Source: a virus (Duplodnaviria > Heunggongvirae > Uroviricota > Caudoviricetes). Taken from it: 43,394 nt of DNA. Shown here piece after piece: positions 29,476-36,650 of the stretch. A model generated the notes under the pieces. That model did no database searches. It worked only from the letters and a program-made list of their open reading frames with translations, and was not told the origin of the DNA. The translations under genes were made by a program, and so were the position numbers. How positions within the stretch are numbered: position 1 is the stretch's first letter; each line of letters opens with the position of its first letter. The stretch lies in the IMG/VR virus record IMGVR_UViG_2519103024_000002. One strand, written 5' to 3'.

Positions 29476-29590
29476 GCCTTAATAACCCCCTCTTTCAGCC
29501 ACATAACCTGTGTTCTCGCCATACCTTCCAGCGCGCATTCTTTTGCATATGCAGCATCGACTTGCTTGGCATGCCCTTTACCGGCAATCT
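29474..29590 (-). pseudogene. ybcO: C-terminal remnant of a ybcO-like nin-region nuclease gene (N-terminal part replaced)
   Basis: Frame ending in TGA overlapping the rusA GTG encodes ...[36 protein letters not shown], matching the YbcO C-terminus as remembered; upstream the frame is closed by stop codons; ORF-track 29495-29689 is a different frame. Confidence 0.5.
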
Positions 29591-29681
29591 TCTGTATGCG
29601 CTAAACCTAGATAGAATCCACTCTGTGCACATTGAAGCCCGCTCTATGCTTTCTTTCAGGTATTGAAGGGATTGAGATGGG

Positions 29682-30029
29682 CTAAGCATTATTGGCCTCC
29701 TGCATCAGGAGAAAGACAATCATGGCGGCGCGGAGAGGTCTGGTATCAAATATTGGGCTTACGCCTTTTGCATCCACACACCATTCAGTTAACTGGTCTA
29801 AGATAGAAATCCTGTATTTCTCAATAATCGGCCATGAAGCGCTCGGATCATTGCAGTAGTCAGGCAAATGATTTAATGGCTCAAAAGTTGTATCAGCATT
29901 TCCGTAATACCATTTGTTGGTGTTATTCCCTGATGTTTCCGGTTTACTTGCCCAAAGGCCTTTAAAAATTATGTCTCCTACCATTCTGTTAATTTCAAAA
30001 TCACTTAACTGTGAATAATCCATTGTCAT
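29682..30029 (-). CDS. hypothetical nin-region protein
   Basis: ATG at 30029 overlaps the ninE stop; [67 protein letters not shown]...; no family assigned. Confidence 0.55.
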   Translation of the reverse strand: MTMDYSQLSDFEINRMVGDIIFKGLWASKPETSGNNTNKWYYGNADTTFEPLNHLPDYCNDPSASWPIIEKYRISILDQLTEWCVDAKGVSPIFDTRPLRAAMIVFLLMQEANNA

Positions 30030-30202
30030 TTCCTCGCACGATATCTTAGCCACCGGATATCCCACAGGTGGGCTGTGTAATTGAAGGTTTTTACGTCAGA
30101 TTCTTTTGGGATTAGCTTGCGTTTATTTCTGGAGCGTTTCGTTGGAAGGTATTTGCAGTTTTCGCAGATTATGTCGGTGATGCTTCGTCGCTGTCGTCTC
30201 AT
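30026..30202 (-). CDS. ninE: NinE
   Basis: From internal ATG: [58 protein letters not shown], lambda NinE-like. Confidence 0.85.
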   Translation of the reverse strand: MRRQRRSITDIICENCKYLPTKRSRNKRKLIPKESDVKTFNYTAHLWDIRWLRYRARK

Positions 30203-30726
30203 GCAGCCCTCCTGACGCCCTGCCCGATCGCCATCAATGCCGCTTTGGATACGGTAGTAAACATCCGTCGAGGACTGATGAACGGTCGCCAAATCAGCAG
30301 CATGGAGCCTTTGCTGTTTCCCTTCTTCTCCAGCCCTGTCGATGGTTCGATAAAATTAATCCGTCCATCAGTGATAATACGAACTTCGTCAACACTCTCC
30401 AGAGCCTTGCTGAACCATCCGACAGACATATCCTCTGGCACAAGCATCACTACCGTCTGTCGCTGTTGTATACACTGCTCAGCGGCTTTTTCCACCCACG
30501 GCCTGATATTGCTGTACGGTGGGTTATTCCAGATTGCACCGTGGCTTACCCACTCAGAATTGAGCGCGTCGTCGTCCTCAGTTAGCCAGTGAGCGCACAG
30601 AGCATTTTTGTCGCTCGCTGCCGAATCCAGCCAGAATCCAAACTCAATATCCAGTGCATCAAAAAGCCAAAGCGGCGTTTGCCAGCAGTCCTTGTCGTGT
30701 GCTGGCGTATTTGATTTGATAGTCAT
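30199..30726 (-). CDS. phage orphan DNA N6-adenine methyltransferase
   Basis: [73 protein letters not shown]... NPPY catalytic motif IV; no adjacent restriction enzyme gene; start overlaps ninB stop. Confidence 0.8.
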   Translation of the reverse strand: MTIKSNTPAHDKDCWQTPLWLFDALDIEFGFWLDSAASDKNALCAHWLTEDDDALNSEWVSHGAIWNNPPYSNIRPWVEKAAEQCIQQRQTVVMLVPEDMSVGWFSKALESVDEVRIITDGRINFIEPSTGLEKKGNSKGSMLLIWRPFISPRRMFTTVSKAALMAIGQGVRRAA

Positions 30727-31163
30727 GCAGCCCGATCTCCCCATCGCGCTTTCCATTCGAGAGCCAGTCGCGCTTCGTCTGACCACTTAACGCCACGCTC
30801 TGTACCGAATGCCTGTATAAGCTCTAATAGCTCCGCAAATTCGCTTACACGCATCCTGCTGGTTGACTGGCCTATTACCACAAAGCCATTCCCGGCAAGG
30901 TTAGGAACAACATCCTGCTGCTTTAATGCTGCGGTAAACACACACTTCCAGCTTTCTGCATCCAGCCAGCGACCATGCCATTCAACCTGACGAGAGACGT
31001 CACCTAAGCAGGCCCATAGCTTCCTGTTTTGGTCTAAGCTGCGGTTGCGTTCCTGAATGGTTACTACGATTGGTTTGGTTGGGTCTGGAAGGATTTGCTG
31101 TACTGCGTGAATAGCGTTTTGCTGATGTGCCGGAGATCGAATTTCAAAGGTTAGTTTTTTCAT
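30723..31163 (-). CDS. ninB: NinB recombination protein
   Basis: MKKLTFEIRSPAHQQNAIHAVQQILPDPTKPIVVTIQERNRSLDQNRKLWACLGDVSRQVEWHGRWLDAESWK... = lambda NinB. Confidence 0.9.
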   Translation of the reverse strand: MKKLTFEIRSPAHQQNAIHAVQQILPDPTKPIVVTIQERNRSLDQNRKLWACLGDVSRQVEWHGRWLDAESWKCVFTAALKQQDVVPNLAGNGFVVIGQSTSRMRVSEFAELLELIQAFGTERGVKWSDEARLALEWKARWGDRAA

Positions 31164-31236
31164 GACTTCCCTCTCCCCCAAATAAAAAGGCCTGCGATTA
31201 CCTGCAGGCCTGTTATTAGCTCAGTGATGTAGATGG

Positions 31237-31527
31237 TCATCTTTTAACTCCATATACCGCCAATATCCGTTTCATCGTGGCACTCTGGCGACACTCCTTA
31301 AAAATCAGGTTCGTGCTCATCTTTCCTTCCCGTTCTTCCTTGGTAGCAAACCGGTAATACACCGTTCGCCAGACCTTACCTTCGATAACCAGAAGACCTG
31401 CCCGTGCCATTTTAGCCGCGGCCTGATTTATGCTGGTTACTGTTGCGCCTGTTAGCGCGGCAACGTCCGGCGCACAGAAGCTATTATGCGTCCCCAGGTA
31501 ATGAATAATTGCCTCTTTGCCCGTCAT
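31237..31527 (-). CDS. ren: Ren
   Basis: 96 aa MTGKEAIIHYLGTHNSFCAPDVAALTGATVTSINQAAAKMARAGLLVIEGKVWRTVYYRFATKEEREGK... = lambda Ren. Confidence 0.9.
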   Translation of the reverse strand: MTGKEAIIHYLGTHNSFCAPDVAALTGATVTSINQAAAKMARAGLLVIEGKVWRTVYYRFATKEEREGKMSTNLIFKECRQSATMKRILAVYGVKR

Positions 31528-32225
31528 ACACTTGCTCCTTTCAGTCCTAACTTAGCTTTAATTTCTGCGATCTTCGCCAGCGCCTGAACACGATTTAGAG
31601 GTCTGCCGCCCATGACAGGAAGTTGTTTTACTGGTTCAGGTATCGTCTCACCACGGTTAATTCGCGCTGTCATACAGGTCAGTTCATCGGCAGCCTTGCG
31701 TCGTAATTCCGCGTCAGTCAGCGCATTGGCCCGCATGTTCTGGTACAGGTTGGTAACCAGCCAGTAGTGCGCGTTCGATTTCCACGGATAAGACTCTGCA
31801 TCCGGATACAGGCCTCGCTTCCGGCAATACTCGTAAACCATATCAACCAGCTCGCTGACGTTTGGCAGTCCGGCGATAACGGATGCTTCTTCCCGGCACC
31901 ATGCAACAAACTGCCCGGGTGATGGCAGAAATGGTCGATTCTGCCGACGGGCTACGCGCATTCCTGCGTTAACCTGTTCCATTGTGGTGATCCCGTTTTC
32001 CCGGAAAGCCAGAACCCACTGGCGGCGGATTTCGTTCAGTTCGTTCTGGTCACGGTTAGCCAGACTCGCCGGGAAAGTTGCCAGTAACTGGCTGAACACA
32101 CCGTTGATGATCTGCGCTACCTGCTGTACCTGCGGCTTTTCGTCGTACTGTTCCGGCATGTTGTTGGCGATCCGACGCATCTGCTCACGGTCAAAATTAA
32201 CCATCTGTGCGGCGATGTTTTTCAT
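31524..32225 (-). CDS. P: replication protein P (DnaB helicase loader)
   Basis: 233 aa MKNIAAQMVNFDREQMRRIANNMPEQYDEKPQVQQVAQIINGVFSQLLATFPASLANRDQNELNEIRRQW... = lambda P. Confidence 0.95.
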   Translation of the reverse strand: MKNIAAQMVNFDREQMRRIANNMPEQYDEKPQVQQVAQIINGVFSQLLATFPASLANRDQNELNEIRRQWVLAFRENGITTMEQVNAGMRVARRQNRPFLPSPGQFVAWCREEASVIAGLPNVSELVDMVYEYCRKRGLYPDAESYPWKSNAHYWLVTNLYQNMRANALTDAELRRKAADELTCMTARINRGETIPEPVKQLPVMGGRPLNRVQALAKIAEIKAKLGLKGASV

Positions 32226-33121
32226 AAATCCACCCCGTAAATCCAGTCAGTGTTTGTCAGGTCGAGTTTTGGTTTGCAGGCTGTCACACCTGCCTGTTGC
32301 TTGTTACGGTTGATTTCGAGCTGGGTCCACTTGTCGCGGAGTTTGGCCGGGCTCAGCACGTTACCGGACCAGAAGTTGTCCTGGCATGCCCAGCGGAACA
32401 GTACACACATGTCGCGATGGTTACGTCCGTCACGTTCACGCATCAGGCGGATATCGTTAGCCCACCCTGCAAAATTCGGTTTTCTGGCTGATGGCGCGAT
32501 GGTCTTCACCATGTCAAACATCCATTCTGCGGCGGTCAGGTCTTCTGCTGTCCCCCACTTGCTGCCGCTCTGAATTGCAGCATCCGGTTTCACCACAGAA
32601 AGGTCGTTTTCTGGCTGGTCAGAGGATTCGCCAGAATTCTCTGACGAATAATCTTTTCTTTTTTCTTTTGTAATAGTGTCTTTTGTGTCCCCCTGTTTTG
32701 AGGGATAGCAATCCCCCAATTTGAGGGATGTTTTATCCCTCGTTTTAGGGGATTTTCCCTCGTTTTGAGGGATACACCATTCTGAGATGTTTTTATTTGG
32801 TCCAAACATGCCGCCTTGCTGCTTGATAATATTCATTCTGACGAGTTCTAACTTGGCTTCATTGCACCGTTTGACGGGTAACTTTGTAATCTCGCTAAGT
32901 TGAGAATCGGTGATTCTGTCCATTGGTTTATTCCATCCATAGGTTTTACGCAGAATGGCAAGCAGCACTTTAAACTGTCGCTTGGTCAGATCTGCGCCTG
33001 AATAAGCCTCAAGCAGCATATTTGATAGTCTGGCGTAACCATCATCGAGATCTGCCACATTACGCTCCTGTTTGGCAAAGTTACCTCTGCAGAAGTTGAG
33101 TATTTTTGCTGTATTTGTCAT
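32222..33121 (-). CDS. O: replication initiator O
   Basis: 299 aa MTNTAKILNFCRGNFAKQERNVADLDDGYARLSNMLLEAYSGADLTKRQFKVLLAILRKTYGWNKPMDRITDSQ... = lambda O; contains the ori iterons. Confidence 0.95.
   Translation of the reverse strand: MTNTAKILNFCRGNFAKQERNVADLDDGYARLSNMLLEAYSGADLTKRQFKVLLAILRKTYGWNKPMDRITDSQLSEITKLPVKRCNEAKLELVRMNIIKQQGGMFGPNKNISEWCIPQNEGKSPKTRDKTSLKLGDCYPSKQGDTKDTITKEKRKDYSSENSGESSDQPENDLSVVKPDAAIQSGSKWGTAEDLTAAEWMFDMVKTIAPSARKPNFAGWANDIRLMRERDGRNHRDMCVLFRWACQDNFWSGNVLSPAKLRDKWTQLEINRNKQQAGVTACKPKLDLTNTDWIYGVDL
32645..32773 (-). repeat. ori-lambda: four O-binding iterons (32685-32773) plus adjacent AT-rich unwinding region (32645-32684), inside O
   Basis: Four tandem ~19-23 bp repeats visible on the plus strand: gtgtccccctgttttgagggata / gcaatcccccaatttgagggatgt / tttatccctcgttttaggggat / tttccctcgttttgagggat, next to ctgacgaataatcttttcttttttcttttgtaatag. 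Confidence 0.9.
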
Positions 33122-33175
33122 AATGACTCCTGTGGATTGATCCAGTAATGACCTCAGAATTCCATCTGGATTTGT

Positions 33176-33451
33176 TCAGAACGCTCGGTTGCCGCCGGGC
33201 GTTTTTTTATTGGTGAGTCCATCAAGCGCATACTTAAAAGCCCTGCTAATCGGACTGATGTCTGATGCCATTCCGAAAGCACACAAGACCGAAGCAATAA
33301 ATCTCCAGTCCGTTCTGCTTATCTTCGATTCATGACAGCCAATCATCTTTGCCAGACCGCGCTGGGTAATAGCTGACAGATTGATAAGTAAATCTGTTTC
33401 TGCGCGATCAACGTCACGCTGTGATAGTTTGCTGTAACTTGTTCTTTCCAT
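33176..33451 (-). CDS. cII: CII-like transcriptional activator (not lambda-type sequence)
   Basis: 91 aa; between cro/nutR and O; ...QRGLAKMIGCHESKISRTDWRF... HTH-like and C-terminal ...LTNKKTPGG resembling the CII tail. Confidence 0.7.
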   Translation of the reverse strand: MERTSYSKLSQRDVDRAETDLLINLSAITQRGLAKMIGCHESKISRTDWRFIASVLCAFGMASDISPISRAFKYALDGLTNKKTPGGNRAF

Positions 33452-33487
33452 TTCTTAAGATTTCCAATAGTGAATAGTTAGTTGAAA

Positions 33488-33510
33488 GGTATGCGTGGAA
33501 ACGCATATGG
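33488..33510 (-). terminator. possible tR1-like hairpin between nutR and cII
   Basis: ATGCGT-GGAA-ACGCAT stem-loop; on the minus strand followed by ACCTTTTCAAC; position equivalent to lambda tR1. Confidence 0.35.
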
Positions 33511-33536
33511 CCTTAGTTGGTCAGATATCTTGGAAC

Positions 33537-33582
33537 TCGCTTTTCAGCGACGTAGGACGAATGTCCGTTGTTACAAAGAGCG
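33537..33582 (-). promoter_or_regulatory. nutR (boxA CGCTCTTTG plus boxB stem-loop UCGCUGAAAAGCGA)
   Basis: Minus strand just after the cro stop: ...CGCTCTTTGTAACAACGGACATTCGTCCTACGTCGCTGAAAAGCGAG; same architecture and shared core CTACGT-GCTGAAAAGC with the site upstream of N. Confidence 0.7.
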
Positions 33583-33592
33583 GATCCGCTTA

Positions 33593-33808
33593 TTAAGCGG
33601 CTTTGTGTTCCGGCGGGAACACGTCATCAAGACTGACTTTTGCGCCTAACTTGTTTAGGCACGCAACAAGAGCACGGCATGTTTTAAGGTCTGGGAAGCG
33701 ACGACCAGATTCCCAATGTCCGATAGCTCCCTGTGTGCATCCAACTGCCTTAGCAAGTGTTGTTTGAGAGATATTCAGTGACTCTCGATATTTTCGTAGG
33801 TTGCTCAT
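33593..33808 (-). CDS. cro: Cro-like repressor (XRE-family HTH, 71 aa)
   Basis: From ATG at 33808: MSNLRKYRESLNISQTTLAKAVGCTQGAIGHWESGRRFPDLKTCRALVACLNKLGAKVSLDDVFPPEHKAA; divergent from cI; ORF-track start 33979 runs into the operator region. Confidence 0.85.
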   Translation of the reverse strand: MSNLRKYRESLNISQTTLAKAVGCTQGAIGHWESGRRFPDLKTCRALVACLNKLGAKVSLDDVFPPEHKAA

Positions 33809-33919
33809 ATGCCCTCCATAGTAAACACGAATAAAAAAATACAATATGTACTTTGCGAATACAAGTAAAAATACACATTGTGCATGGATGGTTCCAGTAC
33901 AGAGCGTAATAATAAGGAC
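33809..33919. promoter_or_regulatory. OR region with divergent promoters (PR toward cro, PRM toward cI)
   Basis: 111-bp AT-rich divergent intergenic region; candidate PR on minus strand TTGTAT-17 nt-TATTTT then GGAGGG SD before cro; 11-mer ATATGTACTTT (33844-33854) is the reverse complement of an 11-mer in the PL spacer. Confidence 0.65.
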
Positions 33920-34579
33920 ATGAAAATGAAATGGTATGAACTGGCTAGATCCAGAATGAAAGAGCTCGGCATAACTCAAGAGAAGTTAGCCGAAGAGCTA
34001 GGTATGACGCAGGGTGGGATTGGACACTGGTTGCGCGGATCTCGTCATCCATCTCTTAGTGATATTGGTGTGGTGTTTAAATACCTTGGTATTGATAACA
34101 TATCATTCAACCACGACGGGACATTTTCACCTGTTGGCGAATACTCATCGGCCCCAGTTAAAAAACAATATGAGTACCCTGTTTTTTCTCATGTTCAGGC
34201 TGGGATGTTCTCTCCAGAACTCAGAACCTTTACCAAAGGCGATGCGGAGAGATTGGTAAGCACAACCAAAAAAGCCAGTGACTCTGCATTCTGGCTTGAG
34301 GTTGAAGGTAACTCAATGACCGCACCAACAGGTTCCAAACCCAGCTTTCCTGACGGGATGTTAATTCTGGTTGACCCTGAGCAAGCTGTTGAGCCCGGCG
34401 ATTTCTGCATAGCCAGACTTGGTGGTGATGAATTTACCTTCAAGAAACTGATCAGGGATAGCGGTCAGGTGTTTCTACAGCCACTAAACCCACAATACCC
34501 AATGATCCCATGCAATGAGAGTTGTTCCGTTGTGGGGAAAGTTATCGCCAGCCAATGGCCTGAAGAGACGTTTGGGTGA
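33920..34579 (+). CDS. cI: CI prophage repressor: non-lambda N-terminal HTH domain fused to lambda-type C-terminal S24 autocleavage/dimerisation domain
   Basis: [58 protein letters not shown]... then from ...[71 protein letters not shown]...QWPEETFG, which matches the lambda CI C-terminal domain as remembered. Confidence 0.9.
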   Translation: MKMKWYELARSRMKELGITQEKLAEELGMTQGGIGHWLRGSRHPSLSDIGVVFKYLGIDNISFNHDGTFSPVGEYSSAPVKKQYEYPVFSHVQAGMFSPELRTFTKGDAERLVSTTKKASDSAFWLEVEGNSMTAPTGSKPSFPDGMLILVDPEQAVEPGDFCIARLGGDEFTFKKLIRDSGQVFLQPLNPQYPMIPCNESCSVVGKVIASQWPEETFG

Positions 34580-34618
34580 TGAAACCACTTTTATCTACAA
34601 TTTACAGGGCGGTAAACA

Positions 34619-35176
34619 TTGGCAAAAATAGATGATTATCAGCCAAGCCAAGTAGAAGTTGATAAAGTACTTTATTGTAAAAAAATAGTTAACTTTTCTG
34701 GCGTTAAATGGAAACAGAAACCAAGTCGCTCTGATATGTGGCTACAAGCCCATATCATCCCCTTGGATGAGGATTGTATACCTATACAAGGGCTAAAGTT
34801 TGAACTGAAATGGAAACCAGATCAGGATTCAGAACCTGATGACCCGATTTCTTACCCTAAAATAAATATTATTGCTTTCTATCATAACAAGAGGGTTTTC
34901 GCGGTAGATACCTATCACTTTGACAAACACACGAATAGTTACAAGGTCGATCATCCGAAGTACCAAGATATCATTTACGGTGCTCACTACCATGTATACT
35001 ATGAAGAAGCTGGATACTATAGTGATAGAATAGCGTTTCCAATCGAAGATGACATAAACCCAGATGACCTGGTAGGGTATTGGAATTACTTCTGTAAACA
35101 TCTGAACATAACTTACTCTGGGAGAATACCTTTACCGCTTGAAGATGAGTCGGGGCAAATGGGGTTTGGAATATGA
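34619..35176 (+). CDS. hypothetical protein A of an unassigned two-gene operon in the rexA position (candidate superinfection-exclusion / anti-phage function)
   Basis: 185 aa ORF starting 39 bp after the cI stop, same strand; track start 34619 is TTG (first in-frame ATG at 34736); AT-rich; His/Tyr/Asp-rich (YHFDKH, HYHVYYEE); no TM segment or motif I can assign. Confidence 0.6.
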   Translation: MAKIDDYQPSQVEVDKVLYCKKIVNFSGVKWKQKPSRSDMWLQAHIIPLDEDCIPIQGLKFELKWKPDQDSEPDDPISYPKINIIAFYHNKRVFAVDTYHFDKHTNSYKVDHPKYQDIIYGAHYHVYYEEAGYYSDRIAFPIEDDINPDDLVGYWNYFCKHLNITYSGRIPLPLEDESGQMGFGI

Positions 35177-35925
35177 TGTGCTCAACAGTGATCTCACAAC
35201 TAGGTTTCGAATGCCATCCAATAGGCAAGACCTTGAGAATTATCAGTCCATTCACTTACTGTGATGATGGAGAGCATGTCGGTGCCTTTATCCGTGAAGT
35301 CAATGGTAGGTATTTAGTTAGTGACAGATGCGATGCCTTAATGAATATGGAGGCAAGAGGGATCTCGCTTACCAAAAAACGACTTGATGAGATACGACAA
35401 TTACTGCTTAAAGAAGGCGCAGAACTCAATGCTCGAGGAGAAATCATTGCTTGGGCAACAGAAAAGGATGTCGGTGCGATTACATCGAACATAATTAGAG
35501 CTGGTATACTCGCATCAACTTTGTCGTTAGACTGGTATCAGCCAGTTCAAGCTGAAAAGTTTGAAAGTATGGTTATTGATTATCTATATCACACAGAGCT
35601 TAGAGACGCACTTTCTCTTCGTGAAAACGTATATGGCTTGAGTGGACATCAAATTACCGTCCCTGTAACAATAAAAACCGACATACCTAAATACGTTTTT
35701 ACATCAAGCGTGAAACACGGAGGAAGCTGGAATAGTGCTTACTCATTGCTTGGGAAACTAATTGATCTTAAAGCTTCAAGTGAGGAGTATAACAACAGAT
35801 TTGTTGTTATAGACAGCGAAGCAATTGGTGATCAAATGCAACAACTCTCCTTACTCTTCCATGAATCAAGCCAAGTTCTACCATTCTCCAAAAGAGAGAC
35901 TTGGGTTAAGAGACTTGCAGCATAA
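35173..35925 (+). CDS. hypothetical protein B of the same operon (rexB position), soluble, no recognised family
   Basis: 250 aa; ATG at 35173 overlaps the stop of protein A (ATGA coupling); followed by a strong intrinsic terminator; AT-rich; no Walker A, nuclease or TM motif seen. Confidence 0.7.
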   Translation: MMCSTVISQLGFECHPIGKTLRIISPFTYCDDGEHVGAFIREVNGRYLVSDRCDALMNMEARGISLTKKRLDEIRQLLLKEGAELNARGEIIAWATEKDVGAITSNIIRAGILASTLSLDWYQPVQAEKFESMVIDYLYHTELRDALSLRENVYGLSGHQITVPVTIKTDIPKYVFTSSVKHGGSWNSAYSLLGKLIDLKASSEEYNNRFVVIDSEAIGDQMQQLSLLFHESSQVLPFSKRETWVKRLAA

Positions 35926-35930
35926 TACAA

Positions 35931-35956
35931 CCCGGCCTCAGCGCCGGGTTTTCTTT
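35931..35956 (+). terminator. intrinsic terminator closing the cI / two-gene operon
   Basis: CCCGGC-CTCAGC-GCCGGG hairpin followed by TTTTCTTT, 6 nt after the protein B stop. Confidence 0.8.
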
Positions 35957-36143
35957 GCCTCACGTTCGCCCACCTAAAAACACATAACCAATTATATTTA
36001 TTGAAAAATAAATAGATGCAACCCACTAAACCACGCAATTCTGATCTCTCCTTACATCGCCGAGGCAATACATCCACGCTAAAAAACAACACTATTAAAT
36101 ACAAAGCGTTATAAAAAACCACGCCAACTTACAACAAATTGTA

Positions 36144-36172
36144 TTGATCTTGTAAAGTACATATCGTACTAT
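36144..36172 (+). promoter_or_regulatory. candidate PL promoter with operator motif in the spacer (OL)
   Basis: TTGATC-17 nt-TACTAT; spacer contains AAAGTACATAT (36154-36164), the same 11-mer (same orientation relative to transcription) as in the PR spacer. Confidence 0.55.
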
Positions 36173-36218
36173 TTAACCGTCAGCAGGACGCTGGAAGCCA
36201 AATGGAACAGACTGGCAG

Positions 36219-36263
36219 GCTCTTTAAACAACGTCGACTCTCGACTACGTGGCTGAAAAGCCA
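36219..36263 (+). promoter_or_regulatory. nutL (boxA GCTCTTTAA plus boxB stem-loop UGGCUGAAAAGCCA)
   Basis: GGCTCTTTAAACAACGTCGACTCTCGACTACGTGGCTGAAAAGCCAG between PL and N; GAAA-type loop on a 5-bp stem; paralleled by the site after cro. Confidence 0.7.
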
Positions 36264-36361
36264 GATCACCCAACCACATAAGCTGTGGGATGCAATGCCG
36301 AAGCAACCGTCTCAGGAGGAGCTTCGAGATTGCATCGCCAAAGTTTATTCGGGAGGAATCC

Positions 36362-36634
36362 ATGTCCAGAAAAACAGAATTTAAAGGCACCGCAGCTTCT
36401 CGCCGTAGAGCTCGTCGCGCAAATCTGCAAAGTCAGGAGGCGATCAGCTCCGACAAGCTACACAGGCCAACCCCTTCACGAGTGGTCTTGCAATGCAAGC
36501 TCAAACCAGCAATGAGAGCAGAAGTGATAACTCTGACAACGTTGACCAGAAAATATGAAGGTTCAACTTGTCTTCCGAACGTAGCTCTTTACGCGGCAGG
36601 CTACCGGAAATCAAAACAACTGACGGCGAGATGA
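36362..36634 (+). CDS. N: N-type transcription antiterminator (arginine-rich RNA-binding motif); not lambda N sequence
   Basis: From ATG at 36362: MSRKTEFKGTAASRRRARRANLQSQEAISSDKLHRPTP...; Arg-rich motif near N-terminus; downstream of PL/nutL; ORF-track start 36290 is upstream. Confidence 0.75.
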   Translation: MSRKTEFKGTAASRRRARRANLQSQEAISSDKLHRPTPSRVVLQCKLKPAMRAEVITLTTLTRKYEGSTCLPNVALYAAGYRKSKQLTAR

Positions 36635-36650
36635 TAAATTCATTTGCTAA

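Noticed and set aside
35832-36122. Minus-strand ORF 35832-36122
   Set aside because: Spans the operon terminator and the AT-rich PL upstream region; no RBS, and its translation is low-complexity.
36274-36288. Alternative boxB candidate CCACATAAGCTGTGG in the N leader
   Set aside because: Lacks an adjacent boxA and has no counterpart near cro, whereas the GCTGAAAAGC element is duplicated at both nut positions.
36169-36390. ORFs 36169-36390 (minus) and 36202-36384 (plus) upstream of N
   Set aside because: They overlap the PL leader and nutL; N is better explained by the downstream ATG at 36362 with the Arg-rich motif near the N-terminus.
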